From: Terriglobales bacterium
GTDB taxonomy: Bacteria; Acidobacteriota; Terriglobia; Terriglobales; SCQP01
Assembly (NCBI GenBank): GCA_050747905.1
Contig: JBOGKQ010000003.1
Coordinates: 60,801 to 124,800, forward strand
Direction: 5' to 3'
DNA: 64,000 nt
Shown: piece by piece, positions 39,371 to 49,235 of the stretch
Layout of the letters: each line of letters begins with the position of its first letter
How positions within the stretch are numbered: the stretch's first letter is position 1
Program-made: the position numbers and the translations under genes
The notes under the pieces: model-generated
What the model saw: only the letters and a program-made list of their open reading frames with translations
The model's database searches: none
What the model was told of the DNA's origin: nothing

Positions 39371-40130
39371 AATTGCGCGACAGCAGCAACTTGAGCGTCA
39401 TTTTGTCGGAGGCGGAGGTCACGCCCACTCCCACGCCGGTTTCGACGTCCACAAAATCGCTGTAATGGTCCACCACCGCCCAGACTTGCTGGAATTGCTG
39501 GTTGATGGGCACCAGGTGCGCCAGCGTGCCGCGTTGCGCGTATTCTTCACCCGCCACCGCCCAGTGCTTGTTTAAGTTGTAAGCGATGCGGGCGCAGGGG
39601 TTGAACTGCAGCGCGGGAAGCCCGCCCTTCCAGTCATTGTCAAGCACGGGGTTGAAGATGAAGTCCCACGGGTGCAGGTGCAAACCGATGATCGGGCGGA
39701 TTTCCTGGGTGTAACGATTCGGATCCCAGTGGCGGGCGTTGTAACTAAACTCGAAGTTCATGCCGTAGAAGAAGGTGTGGTCCGCAGCATGGGGGCGGAC
39801 GAAGAGTAAGCGCAACTTGCCGCCGTCGATCGAGGGAGCGGGGCCGCGACCGCCGCCGAAGCTGTAGAGCGGCAGGTAGAGGCCGAGTTCGAGCCAGGGC
39901 TTGTAGCCGTAGGCCCATTCGAACGAACCGTTGGTGGAGTGGTTGGATAGAATCACGCCCGGAGCGAACGGGGTGGTGGCGCCGTCGGGGGTGAAATTGA
40001 CGTGATAGGTGAGGTTGAATTGGTGCAGGGGAGCGATGCTGGCGTCGTACACCTGGATTTCGTCGGTTTGGGCACGGGCGGCAAGGCACAACGCAGCCGC
40101 CGCGAGGCACAGTAAAAGCTTGCGAATCAT
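39360..40130 (-). CDS. Secreted/outer-membrane beta-strand-rich hypothetical protein
   Basis: Signal peptide, TDEIQVY start, amphipathic strands, terminal Phe. Confidence 0.65.
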   Translation of the reverse strand: MIRKLLLCLAAAALCLAARAQTDEIQVYDASIAPLHQFNLTYHVNFTPDGATTPFAPGVILSNHSTNGSFEWAYGYKPWLELGLYLPLYSFGGGRGPAPSIDGGKLRLLFVRPHAADHTFFYGMNFEFSYNARHWDPNRYTQEIRPIIGLHLHPWDFIFNPVLDNDWKGGLPALQFNPCARIAYNLNKHWAVAGEEYAQRGTLAHLVPINQQFQQVWAVVDHYSDFVDVETGVGVGVTSASDKMTLKLLLSRNFSF

Positions 40131-40181
40131 GATGTCGGGATTATAGGGCAGTTTCAGGCTCCCAACCCGCCCTGTGAATCG

Positions 40182-41084
40182 CTATTGGAGATAGTTGAGC
40201 AGGCTGAGATTGTTGATCTGGGCTCCGGCGCCGAGGATGGCCTGGCGGGCGGTTTCGGTCTGGGAGAGATTGGTGATGGCGGCGGCGAGATCGGCCCCGA
40301 TGAGCGAACTCTGCTGCTGGGTGAGGTCAGATTGCTCGTTGGTGAGAAAGTTGGTGGTGTCGCTCAGGCGGTTGACGGTCGCACCGTAGAACACACGCTG
40401 TTCGTCGAGGGCGGTGAGGCCGCTGCCGAGCTCCGTCACCGCGCTCTGGGCGGCAGTGGAGTTATTGCTGTTGAGCGCGTTTTGCAGGTCCTGAAGCGCC
40501 TGAAAGACGCCGCCGCTGGCATTTTGGAAAATCTGGCTGCCGGGAACGTTGGTGTTGACGGAAGCGCCGGGAGCGACCTGCACCTGATTGACCGCCGTAT
40601 TGCCGTTGTACTTCACCCCGTCGGGCTGGGTGGCATCGGCGGTGAAGGCGGGACTGCCGCTGGCGGTGCCGGCAAAGATATAGGTCCCGTTGTAGGTCGT
40701 GTTGCCGAGGTTAACCATTTCCTGCTGGATTTGACCAATCTCCTGACTGATGTTGGAGCGCTGGGCATCGGAAAGCCCGCCGTTGGCGCCCTCGGTGCCC
40801 AGGGTGACGGCGCGGGTGAGAATGGTGACTGCGGAGGCCAGGGCGGAGTCGCCCACCTGCAGCTCGCCGTTGAGGCTGCTGATGTTTTGCAAGTACTGGG
40901 TGACCTGGGAAGCTTGCGAGCTGTTGGCGCTGGCGAGAGAGGCGGCCACGGGGTCGTCGGAGGGGGAATTGACGCGGCGGCCGGTTTCCACCTGCGTGAG
41001 CGCGGTGTTCTGGCTCTGCTGGGTTTGGTCGAGCGCCTGCAGCAGGTTGGTGTAGAGCAGGGCGTTGGTGACGCGAGAGGCCAT
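40182..41084 (-). CDS. flgL: Hook-associated protein 3
   Basis: TGRRVNSPSDDP, YIFAG, LSLLNYL. Confidence 0.92.
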   Translation of the reverse strand: MASRVTNALLYTNLLQALDQTQQSQNTALTQVETGRRVNSPSDDPVAASLASANSSQASQVTQYLQNISSLNGELQVGDSALASAVTILTRAVTLGTEGANGGLSDAQRSNISQEIGQIQQEMVNLGNTTYNGTYIFAGTASGSPAFTADATQPDGVKYNGNTAVNQVQVAPGASVNTNVPGSQIFQNASGGVFQALQDLQNALNSNNSTAAQSAVTELGSGLTALDEQRVFYGATVNRLSDTTNFLTNEQSDLTQQQSSLIGADLAAAITNLSQTETARQAILGAGAQINNLSLLNYLQ

Positions 41085-41087
41085 AGT

Positions 41088-42458
41088 TTAGTCCTGTCCC
41101 AAATTGATGGCCAGGGTGGTGAGCGTGTTGACGGTGGTCACCACGCGCGCGGCGGCCTGGTAGGCTTGCTGAAACTGGGTGAGATTAATGCTTTCCTCAT
41201 CGATGGACACGCCAGAGTAGGCGGAGCGCTGGTTCTGCAATTGTGTCAGCACGGTTAGCGAGGCCTGCTGTTGCGTATCGGCACTCTGCACCACGGTCCC
41301 TACGCTCGACACGATGCCGGCGTAGGCATCGTCTGGGGTGAGACCGCTAGCGTTGGGCTGGTTCTGCAGGCTAGCCATGGCGAGGACGTTGGTGTTGTCC
41401 CCCGTATTGGCCGCGCTGGCGCTGGCTGCGATTTTGGCTGGATCGGTGGTCGCCATCGCCATATTGGCGGCGGCGTTGGCGGCGGTGGGCGGAGCAAAAA
41501 GATTCCCTCCGGCAGCGCCATTGAGATCGAAGCCGAGCGCGTTTTGCTGGTTGATTCCGTTGGCAACGGTGGTGGCGAGGGCATCAACCTGGCTGGCCAA
41601 GTTGGGCAGGTCGGTGTCGCGCGCCTGAATCAGGCCCGCCAAGCTGCCACCGGTGATGGTGGAGGTGATGTCGGTCGCGCCCGAGTAGACGTCCTGCACG
41701 TTGCCGTTGGCCTGGGTGGTCAGAGCGGTGGCGTTAGTGCCCACCACAAGCGCCTGGCCGCCGCTGGTGGTCAGAGTGACCTCCCCGTTGCCGCCATCGC
41801 TCTGGGTGAAGTCCATAAGCTGCGACAAGTTGTTGAGCAGCGTGCCGCGCTGATCCACCAGGGCAGCAGCATTCTGGTTCAGATTTTGCAGCGCGGCGAC
41901 CTGGCCGTTGAGGGTGGCAATCTGGCTGGTGAGGGTGTTGACCTGACTTACGTCTTGCACGACGTACTGGTTGGCGCCGGCGACCTGCTGGCTGATGCCG
42001 TTGGCGACCTGGTTGAACGTCTCGGTGAGCGTCTGTGCCGAGGTGATCACGCTTTGGCGCTGGGCGCCGTTTGCGGGATTGGTGGAGAGCTGCTGCAGGG
42101 CAGCGTAGAAGTTGTCCATCGCGGTGCCCAGCCCGGCACCCCCCTGGGCATTGAACAGCGCCTCGACCGGTTGCATTTGTTGCTGCAGCGAGGTGAGGCT
42201 GTTCTGATTCGAGGTCTCCTGGTTCAGCCGGATTTCCAGGACCGAATCCCGGATGTCCTGCACTTTTTGCAAGGTCACGCCGCCGCCGCCGGCGCTGCCG
42301 GTGAAGGGCGAAAACGGCGCCTGCTCCGCCAACTCCGCCACCCGGCGAGAGTAGCCGGGAGTGTTGACGTTGGCGATGTTGTTGGCGGTGACCTGGAGGC
42401 CGGATTGTTGCGCCTCGAGCGACTGCTCCGCAATGCTCATGATGCCGAACAAACCCAT
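41088..42458 (-). CDS. flgK: Hook-associated protein 1
   Basis: NNIANVNTPGYSR, SGVSIDEE..QQAYQAAARV. Confidence 0.93.
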   Translation of the reverse strand: MGLFGIMSIAEQSLEAQQSGLQVTANNIANVNTPGYSRRVAELAEQAPFSPFTGSAGGGGVTLQKVQDIRDSVLEIRLNQETSNQNSLTSLQQQMQPVEALFNAQGGAGLGTAMDNFYAALQQLSTNPANGAQRQSVITSAQTLTETFNQVANGISQQVAGANQYVVQDVSQVNTLTSQIATLNGQVAALQNLNQNAAALVDQRGTLLNNLSQLMDFTQSDGGNGEVTLTTSGGQALVVGTNATALTTQANGNVQDVYSGATDITSTITGGSLAGLIQARDTDLPNLASQVDALATTVANGINQQNALGFDLNGAAGGNLFAPPTAANAAANMAMATTDPAKIAASASAANTGDNTNVLAMASLQNQPNASGLTPDDAYAGIVSSVGTVVQSADTQQQASLTVLTQLQNQRSAYSGVSIDEESINLTQFQQAYQAAARVVTTVNTLTTLAINLGQD

Positions 42459-42462
42459 GGCG

Positions 42463-42966
42463 CTATTTCTCCTTCGCCTCAGGGCGGGCCGGGACCGCGG
42501 CCGCGGGCGGACGCCTGTCGTCGGAATCGAGTTCGTAACTGGCCGCGCCCAGCGCCCACACGCGCTGGAAGCAGCGCACCGACCGGCCTCCCAGTTCAAT
42601 CAGCGCTGCCTGGATGTCGGCCAGGCGGCGCAGTTCCGCGTTCATGCCGCGCAGCTCGGAGGCGGCGGCAAGACGGCGGGCGCCCGAGCCGGCCTCGGGA
42701 ATACGGTGATCGTGCTCGACAATGCGCTGCGCGAGAGTTTCCTGCCGCTCGACACTGTCCAGATATTCGCCAGCGCGGAAGGCGGCCACGGCCTGAAACC
42801 CGGTGCGCAGTTCGGCGGCCAATTCATCCACCAGTGCGCGCCGCTGTTGCAGCCAATCTTTCATACCTGCTGCCGACGCCCGCGCGGGCGTTGCCAGCCA
42901 GGCCAGCACGGGGTGAGGGACGGTTTCGGCCGTGGCGCCGCCGGGGCGCAGCGTCTGACTATCCAT
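42463..42966 (-). CDS. flgN: Putative FlgN chaperone
   Basis: Position between flgM and flgK; helical. Confidence 0.55.
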   Translation of the reverse strand: MDSQTLRPGGATAETVPHPVLAWLATPARASAAGMKDWLQQRRALVDELAAELRTGFQAVAAFRAGEYLDSVERQETLAQRIVEHDHRIPEAGSGARRLAAASELRGMNAELRRLADIQAALIELGGRSVRCFQRVWALGAASYELDSDDRRPPAAAVPARPEAKEK

Positions 42967-43282
42967 GGCCGCTCGTCCCCAAACCGGTCTGCGGATCTGC
43001 CAGCATCGCCTCAGCCACGTTGGTGGGGTCCACCGCGTAGCTGCCGCTGGCAACCTGGGCGCGCAGTTGTTGGACCAAGCCGGAGCGAACCTCGGGCTGC
43101 GCCATCGCCAGGGCAGTCAGTTGGACTGCCGAGGAAGCGAGCGTAGCCTGGTCGCCGGTGACTTGGTGGGCGCCGGAGCCGGAGGAGACAAGGGAGGAGT
43201 TCGCCGTGGTGACCCGGTTCGTGTTCTCTGGTCGGTTTTGCGCGGCCAAAGAGGGGTCGAGGCTGGGATTGTTAATTCTCAC
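42959..43282 (-). CDS. flgM: Anti-sigma28 factor
   Basis: VRSGLVQQLRAQVASGSYAVDP..VAEAM. Confidence 0.85.
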   Translation of the reverse strand: MRINNPSLDPSLAAQNRPENTNRVTTANSSLVSSGSGAHQVTGDQATLASSAVQLTALAMAQPEVRSGLVQQLRAQVASGSYAVDPTNVAEAMLADPQTGLGTSGHG

Positions 43283-43689
43283 CGTGGCATCTCCATTGAC
43301 GCAGCGGGTTTGGTCCCCGCTACCTCCAGCTTATCGGCAATCGCGGACTGGGACTTTAGCTTGCTCAGGTCCGCGGAATCGGCAGCGGTGGCCGCCGGGG
43401 TTGGTTCGAGCTGATGTTCGATCATTGCGGCAAAACCGAAGCTGCCGCGGGCGGCTAGAGCTCCCGACATCGCTTGCAGCCCTAAGCCTTTCAGGCTCTG
43501 GGCGCCGGGATCGGAAAAACTGCCAGGATCGCTCGCCAGCGGATCGTTTTGAAATTCACTCCAGAGGGTATCTATCAAGACACCTGCGAACTCCTGCGCC
43601 GATTTATTGAGTTTAGCCCGCTGAGCCGTGGGCGTCGGTGTGGTTATGGCCGGAGCGATGAGATTGGGAACCGGGGCGAGATGGCTCAT
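43279..43689 (-). CDS. flgJ: Short FlgJ (rod-binding domain only)
   Basis: AQEFAGVLI..GSFGFAAMIEHQL; follows flgI. Confidence 0.65.
   Translation of the reverse strand: MSHLAPVPNLIAPAITTPTPTAQRAKLNKSAQEFAGVLIDTLWSEFQNDPLASDPGSFSDPGAQSLKGLGLQAMSGALAARGSFGFAAMIEHQLEPTPAATAADSADLSKLKSQSAIADKLEVAGTKPAASMEMPR
43331..43358 (-). promoter_or_regulatory. Sigma28 promoter for flgM inside flgJ
   Basis: TAAA-N16-GCCGATAA. Confidence 0.75.
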
Positions 43690-44852
43690 CAGATCACCTC
43701 CAGCTTCGCCTCGAGAGCGCCAGCGGCTGCGATGGCGCGCAAAATGCCGACGATGTCGCGCGCGGTGGCCCCAATGGACTGCAGGCCATTGACCAGATCC
43801 TGCACGGTGGCGCCCGGCTGCAGCACCAGTTTGGCGGCGGGCGTTTCCTTGGCCGTGACCGTGGTGTTGGGCACCAACGCCGTCTGCCCTTGCGAGAATG
43901 CACCCGGCTGACTGGCGGTGAGGGAGGTGGTGACTTGGATGGCGAGGTTGCCGTGCAGGATCGAGACCGGGCCCAATTGCACGTCGCCGCCGATCACAAT
44001 GGTGCCCGTGCGCTCGTCCACCACCACGCGTGCAGGCGGCGTCACCGGGACTGGCAGGGCCTCGATCTGGCTCAAAAATGCGGGAATCGCGGCGATGTTG
44101 GCCGGCCAGGCGACATCCACACGCCGACTGTCCACCGCATGCGCGGGTCCGGCCGCGCCGCTGGCGCCGGGCGCAGAGGGGCGGGTTTGGCCGCCGCCCG
44201 CGAGTGTCTGGTTGATGGCAGTGGCAATCGCGTTGGCAGTAATAAAACTGGGCTCGCGCAGCAGCAGCGTGAGCTGCTTCATGCTCTCCAGATCCACGGC
44301 CGTGTCCCGCTCGACAATGCCGCCACCGGGTATGATACCGACGTTGGTCTGATTCACACGCACGTGGCTTTGTGAGTTGCCGGCACTGTAGCCGCCTACG
44401 GTCAGAGCCCCCTGGGCCTCGGCGTAGACGTTGCCGTCGGGGCCGTGCAAGGCGGTGAGCAGCAACAGGCCGCCCTGCAGGCTACGGGCATCACCGGTGG
44501 AGGAGACGGTGACATCAATCTGCACGCCGGGACGGGAAAACGGCGGCAACGTGGCGGTCACAAATACCGCGGCCACGTTGTGCACCATCATTTGCTGGGG
44601 CGACACCTGCACCCCCATGCGCTGCAGGATGTTGCTCAGCGTCTGGGTCGTGAATTGGGTCTGGCGCTGATCGCCGGTGCCGTTGAGGCCGACCACCAGA
44701 CCATAGCCGACCAGCATGTTGTCGCGCACCCCCATCACTGTCGTGATGTCACCGATCGGCACGCGGAGCGTAGCGGCCGGCGCCGCGGCCGCCGCGAGAG
44801 CGGTGAGCCACAGCGGCAGCAGCAGAGCGGATATGAAACGAAGGCGCGACAT
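43689..44852 (-). CDS. flgI: P-ring protein
   Basis: GYGLVVGLNGTGD, NVAAVFVTA.LPPF, GTIVIG. Confidence 0.95.
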   Translation of the reverse strand: MSRLRFISALLLPLWLTALAAAAAPAATLRVPIGDITTVMGVRDNMLVGYGLVVGLNGTGDQRQTQFTTQTLSNILQRMGVQVSPQQMMVHNVAAVFVTATLPPFSRPGVQIDVTVSSTGDARSLQGGLLLLTALHGPDGNVYAEAQGALTVGGYSAGNSQSHVRVNQTNVGIIPGGGIVERDTAVDLESMKQLTLLLREPSFITANAIATAINQTLAGGGQTRPSAPGASGAAGPAHAVDSRRVDVAWPANIAAIPAFLSQIEALPVPVTPPARVVVDERTGTIVIGGDVQLGPVSILHGNLAIQVTTSLTASQPGAFSQGQTALVPNTTVTAKETPAAKLVLQPGATVQDLVNGLQSIGATARDIVGILRAIAAAGALEAKLEVI

Positions 44853-44856
44853 GGGA

Positions 44857-45555
44857 TCAGAAGGTCAGGAATTTGAGCAGCATACGCAGCCAGCCAGTAA
44901 CCGGACGGGTGGTGTCGCTGATCACACCCTTGCCCTGCAAGTCAACTTCCAGCTCTCCCACTTGCGTGGAGAGCACGGAATTATCCGGCGCGATATCGGC
45001 AGGCCGAATGACGCCGTGCACGACCACGGTCTGTTGCTGATTGTTCATGGAAATGGTGCGCACCGCTTCGACCACGAGAAAGCCGTTGGGCAGCACGTCC
45101 ACGACGCGGCCGGTAAGGCTGGTGGTGAGGGCGCTGGTGGAGGCGGTTGCAGCCTGACCCTCGAGGTCGGTGTTCGAGGTAGGCGCCAGCAGTGTCGTCA
45201 GGCGGCTGGAGGTGCTGCCAAACAGGCTGATCCCGCTATTACCGGTAAAGCCGCGTTTCGCCTGCACCGTACCTGTGCCCGCCGCCTGCGTGGCTTCGAC
45301 GATGTGAATGGTGATCAGGTCGTTGACGCGCTGCGCCTTGAAATCGCTGGAGAGATTGATGAAGCGGCCCTCGGGCGTCCACAGGCTGCCGGTGGTGTTC
45401 GAGGTGGCGCCAGCGACCTGGCGCACCTTGGCGAGGTAGGCCTGCAGCGCCTGCTCGGCCGGGGTGAGGGTTATAGCGCCTTTTTTCTGCGCGCCTGCCG
45501 CCACCACAAGCGCCACCAGGATCCCTAACGCGGCGGCGCGCTTAGCGCGGGGCAT
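44857..45555 (-). CDS. flgH: L-ring protein
   Basis: DLITIHIVE, VLPNGFL, GVIRPADI..N.V.S. Confidence 0.9.
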   Translation of the reverse strand: MPRAKRAAALGILVALVVAAGAQKKGAITLTPAEQALQAYLAKVRQVAGATSNTTGSLWTPEGRFINLSSDFKAQRVNDLITIHIVEATQAAGTGTVQAKRGFTGNSGISLFGSTSSRLTTLLAPTSNTDLEGQAATASTSALTTSLTGRVVDVLPNGFLVVEAVRTISMNNQQQTVVVHGVIRPADIAPDNSVLSTQVGELEVDLQGKGVISDTTRPVTGWLRMLLKFLTF

Positions 45556-46405
45556 GAGGACTCTCCTGCGGCGGCGTGGCGAGGGCATTGGGAAGCGAAG
45601 AGACCTGATCGGGGCCTGTGACCCGGACGCGCAGCACGGCATGGGTGGCCAGGCTGCGGACGCGGATGATGTCGCCGGCGCGGCCCGGCTGCAGGGGCTC
45701 GACCAGTGTGACCAGGGCAAAGCCAGGGTCGGAAATGCTCAGACGGGCAATCTGGCCGGGGCGGACAACCATCGGCGCGGGCGCCGGTCTCGCCGCCAGC
45801 GGCATGGTTGGGCGTGCGGCGACCATCCGGCTGCGCAACCAGCGCTGGCGCGTCTGTTGGGTCAGCTCGGCCGTAGGTACACGCACGGAGACTGAAAAGG
45901 GGAGCAAGGCCGGGTCGTTCTGGGCGCGGCAGATCACCTCCAGGCGCCCGTGAGCGATGTCGGGCCGCGTCCGCAACACTTTCACCTCCGGCTGGGCCGC
46001 GGTGGTCAGGGGAGCCAGGAAACTCACATCGCGCGCGGTCAGGGGACGATGCAGTACCGTGCGCAGCGCAGCGAGCACAGCCGCCACCGGAACCGGCGCG
46101 GCCCGGCGTTCAATTTCGATGGCGGCGGGAATCACGAAATCCCGCGGCGGCACGCCGGCACTCCGCAGGCGGGCCTCCAGTTGTGCGCGGCTCCAGCGCA
46201 GCGGCATGCCCGGCTGGGGCGCCGCTGCGAGCGCCAGATGGCGCAACTCGGGTGGCAGCGCGGCCCCTTCGCCGGGCGCCAGCAGGTCGCCCAGGCGTAG
46301 CACCGTGGCGTTGATCTCGGCGTGCGCGCGCACGCGCCACGCTGGCGCGGCGGCGGCGGCGGCGGCGAGCATCAGGCATGCGGCAATGGGAAGCAGTCGG
46401 CGCAT
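45542..46405 (-). CDS. flgA: P-ring assembly chaperone
   Basis: Signal peptide, C-terminal G..GD.IRVR; flgG-flgA-flgH order. Confidence 0.8.
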   Translation of the reverse strand: MRRLLPIAACLMLAAAAAAAPAWRVRAHAEINATVLRLGDLLAPGEGAALPPELRHLALAAAPQPGMPLRWSRAQLEARLRSAGVPPRDFVIPAAIEIERRAAPVPVAAVLAALRTVLHRPLTARDVSFLAPLTTAAQPEVKVLRTRPDIAHGRLEVICRAQNDPALLPFSVSVRVPTAELTQQTRQRWLRSRMVAARPTMPLAARPAPAPMVVRPGQIARLSISDPGFALVTLVEPLQPGRAGDIIRVRSLATHAVLRVRVTGPDQVSSLPNALATPPQESPHAPR

Positions 46406-46410
46406 GGAAG

Positions 46411-47202
46411 CTACTGCTGCAGCCCGTTAAGTTCCTGTTGCATCTGGTCGGCAGCCTGGACTACGCGCGAGTTGGCTTCGTAGGAACGCTGCGCCTCGAT
46501 CATCTGCACGAACTGATCCACGACATCCACGTTGGATTCCTCCAGCTCGCCCTGCTGGACCGTGCCCAGGCCCTCGGTACCACCGGGTGTGCCGACGATG
46601 GCATCGCCGGAGGCGGTGGTCGGGGTGAACAGATTGGAGCCCAAGCTTTCCAGGCCACCCACATTGGCAAAGGTTGCGAGGGTGATGGTGCCCACCTGTT
46701 GCGCCTGCGTGGAGCCAGGAACGGTGGCGGTGACGGTGCCATCGGTGCCGATGCTCAGGTTGGTGGCGTTAAGCGGCACGGCGACCGGCGGTTGCAGCGG
46801 ATTCCCGTCCGCAGTGACGACGTTGCCGTTGGCGTCGAGATGGAACGCGCCCGAACGGGTGTAAGCCAGCGAACCATCGGGCATTTGAATCTGGAAAAAA
46901 CCGGCCCCCTGGATGGCCACATCCAGAGGGTTGTTGGTGGCGTCGAGCGTGCCTTGTGTGGCCACCATTTCGGTGGACGAAGGGCGTGTGCCCATGCCGA
47001 CCTCGAGACCGCTGGACACCGTGGTCTGCTGGGTGGCCGCGGAGCCAGGTGCCACCAGGTTCTGATAGAGCAAGTCTTCAAACTGCAGACGGCGGCGGCG
47101 GAAGCCGGCGGTGGAGGCGTTAGCGAGGTTGTTGGCAATGTTGTCCAGGTTCATTTCCTGGGCCAACATGCCGCTGGCGGCGGTTTGCAGAGCTTGCAGC
47201 AT
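46411..47202 (-). CDS. flgG: Distal rod protein
   Basis: ANNLANAST.GF, DLLYQ, LEESNV. Confidence 0.95.
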   Translation of the reverse strand: MLQALQTAASGMLAQEMNLDNIANNLANASTAGFRRRRLQFEDLLYQNLVAPGSAATQQTTVSSGLEVGMGTRPSSTEMVATQGTLDATNNPLDVAIQGAGFFQIQMPDGSLAYTRSGAFHLDANGNVVTADGNPLQPPVAVPLNATNLSIGTDGTVTATVPGSTQAQQVGTITLATFANVGGLESLGSNLFTPTTASGDAIVGTPGGTEGLGTVQQGELEESNVDVVDQFVQMIEAQRSYEANSRVVQAADQMQQELNGLQQ

Positions 47203-47216
47203 ACGTTTCTCCGGGG

Positions 47217-47969
47217 CTACTTCACCAGCGGCAACTCGGAGGTCGCCGGTGTGTTGAAATCTTGATTGAAAATTTGCAGGGCGCGTTCGAGCATGTCGAA
47301 GTGACGCTGCAGGCTGATGAGATCGGTCTCAGCTTGGATGGGGTTGACGTTAGAATTTTCTAATTCTCCGGCGCTCAGCGTCGTCTCCTGGCTGGTGTGG
47401 ACGTTGGCGGCGGGCGTGGTGAAGTAGGTTGCGCCGAGAGGAGTGACCTGCGCCGGGGCGGTGAACTCGACCAGGTGCAGCTTGCCCGCCAGTGCCCCAT
47501 CCACGGAAATGGTGCCGTTGGAGCTGATGGAGACTTTGCCGCTGGGCAGAGTAATGGGCTGGAGTTTGCCCTTGGGTCCTTCGCCCAAGACGGGATCCCC
47601 CTGGTTGCTGAGCAGTATGCCCTTTTCTCCCACCTGCAGGTCGCCGGCGCGAGTAAAGGCTACGCCTGCTTTGGTTTGCACCTCGAGGAAGCCGGGCCCC
47701 TGCAGGGCCACATCGAGCGGGTTGCCGGTGTTTTGAAATGAGCCTGCCTGGAAGTTCAACTGCTGTCCGCCGAGCACGCCGAAGTCGTTCACGGCCTGGT
47801 CGAGAGCGCCGGGGGCCGCATTGCCGCTCGCGGCCTGTAGGGCCTGGAAGAACTGGCTCTCGCCTTTGTAGCCGGTAGTGTTGGCGTTGGCGAGATTGTT
47901 GGCCAGAATGTCCAGTTGATGCAACCGGGCAATCATGGCCGAACAGGCTGCGTAGATACCGCTCTCCAT
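47217..47969 (-). CDS. flgF: Proximal rod protein
   Basis: ANNLANANTTGYK, TGNPLDVAL, ELENSNV. Confidence 0.88.
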   Translation of the reverse strand: MESGIYAACSAMIARLHQLDILANNLANANTTGYKGESQFFQALQAASGNAAPGALDQAVNDFGVLGGQQLNFQAGSFQNTGNPLDVALQGPGFLEVQTKAGVAFTRAGDLQVGEKGILLSNQGDPVLGEGPKGKLQPITLPSGKVSISSNGTISVDGALAGKLHLVEFTAPAQVTPLGATYFTTPAANVHTSQETTLSAGELENSNVNPIQAETDLISLQRHFDMLERALQIFNQDFNTPATSELPLVK

Positions 47970-48087
47970 CCGCGGTAATACCTGCACGTGGAGGGCCAGA
48001 AAGCAGGGGCCAAGGTCTAGCTGTGGTGTCAGGTCGTCAGGCTGGACGTGCTCTTAGCTGGTGGAGGAGGGATTGACACCATCACAG

Positions 48088-48462
48088 CTAGGCCAGCAGG
48101 GGCGCCACGTAGTCCTTGATCTGATCCACGGTGAAGGGCTTGCGGATGAAGCCCTGGGCCCCGAGTTGGAGGGCCTCGTTGACCTGAGTTTCCAACGCCG
48201 CACCGGCGATGAAAACCACGGGGATGGCGCGGGTGGCTTCCGAGGCGCGCAGTTGGCGCAGGAACTCGATGCCGTCCATGCCGACCAGGGAAATTTCGGA
48301 AAGGATCAGGTTGGGACGGGTGGTCTCGATCAGGTGCAGCGCTTCCTGACCTTCGGCGGCTTCGAGAACCTGCTGCACCTCCATGCCGGCCAGGCGAAGC
48401 GAGCGCTCAACCACACGCCGCATGATCGGCAATCCTTCGACAATCAGTACGGTGCGGTTCAT
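48088..48462 (-). CDS. Atypical single-domain CheY-like receiver
   Basis: LIVEG, LILSEISLVGMDG (Asp to Glu), RKPF. Confidence 0.75.
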   Translation of the reverse strand: MNRTVLIVEGLPIMRRVVERSLRLAGMEVQQVLEAAEGQEALHLIETTRPNLILSEISLVGMDGIEFLRQLRASEATRAIPVVFIAGAALETQVNEALQLGAQGFIRKPFTVDQIKDYVAPLLA

Positions 48463-48470
48463 GGGTATTT

Positions 48471-48830
48471 CTACGTGGCACCACGGCCGGTGTTCTGACT
48501 GTGCGCCCATTCGCGGGCGGCGTGGATTTGCTGACGCTGGTGCAGCAGTTGTTCGGCGGTTTCGCTGAATGCCCGCTGCAGGTCATGCAGCACAGGTTCG
48601 AGGCGGCGCAAGTGGCAGGCGTACAAGCCTTGTTCCTCGTGGGTGTGGGCCGCCTCGCGCCGCCATTGCGCGCCGCGTTGGAGCAGGCGCTGCAACTGGC
48701 TGGTGTGGGCTGGGGTAAACCAGACCGCGGGGTCGTGGGCGTGGGCTTCCACCGCCGTCCAGAACTCGGACCATTCCCTGTCAAGCTCGGCCCAGGCGAC
48801 CGTCGCCGTGTTTGTGTCTACGCACTCCAT
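48471..48830 (-). CDS. Putative FliT-like chaperone
   Basis: Helical 119 aa directly after fliS. Confidence 0.45.
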   Translation of the reverse strand: MECVDTNTATVAWAELDREWSEFWTAVEAHAHDPAVWFTPAHTSQLQRLLQRGAQWRREAAHTHEEQGLYACHLRRLEPVLHDLQRAFSETAEQLLHQRQQIHAAREWAHSQNTGRGAT

Positions 48831-49231
48831 GCCGCTTGCGCCACTGGCGCCGCTGGACGCGCCTCCACCTGGCGCCACGCCGCCAGAATCAAGGTATATT
48901 GCTCCAGCAAATCGTGCAGCGGCTGCGCATCGCGGTCACGGCTGGCTTGCAGCACCAAGCGCTCGGTCAGAACATACAGACGCTGAAAGTTGCGCGCCAC
49001 CTCGCCGCCGCGCTCAAAATCCAGAGCCCGCTTCAACTCCCCCACGATGGCGAGCAGATGGTTCAGCGCGTGTGTGCGCGCCTCGATCTCGCGCGCGGTA
49101 TTGGGGGCGGTATTCATGGCCGCGATGGCCTTGCGAAAATCCACTACGGCGGCTTGGTACATGAGCACGATCAGGCCGACGGGCGTCGTGCCCTCGACCG
49201 AACGACGTTGATAGGCGGCGGCTGCATTCAT
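48818..49231 (-). CDS. fliS: Flagellin chaperone
   Basis: AYQ..TP.GLIVLMY, ALDFERGGEVARN. Confidence 0.9.
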   Translation of the reverse strand: MNAAAAYQRRSVEGTTPVGLIVLMYQAAVVDFRKAIAAMNTAPNTAREIEARTHALNHLLAIVGELKRALDFERGGEVARNFQRLYVLTERLVLQASRDRDAQPLHDLLEQYTLILAAWRQVEARPAAPVAQAAWSA

Positions 49232-49235
49232 GGGT

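Noticed and set aside
40161-40174. 14-nt match CCCAACCCGCCCTG to the element
   Set aside because: Expected by chance at this GC content and search space
41271-43040. Long antisense ORFs (also 14472-15653, 15700-16725, 26272-27279, 40185-41258, 49668-50570)
   Set aside because: Opposite to confident genes; typical of high-GC codon bias
47983-47998. Sigma54-like TGGCCCTCCACGTGCA upstream of flgF
   Set aside because: Plausible for rod genes but several mismatches and only ~4 nt to the ATG; not supportable alone
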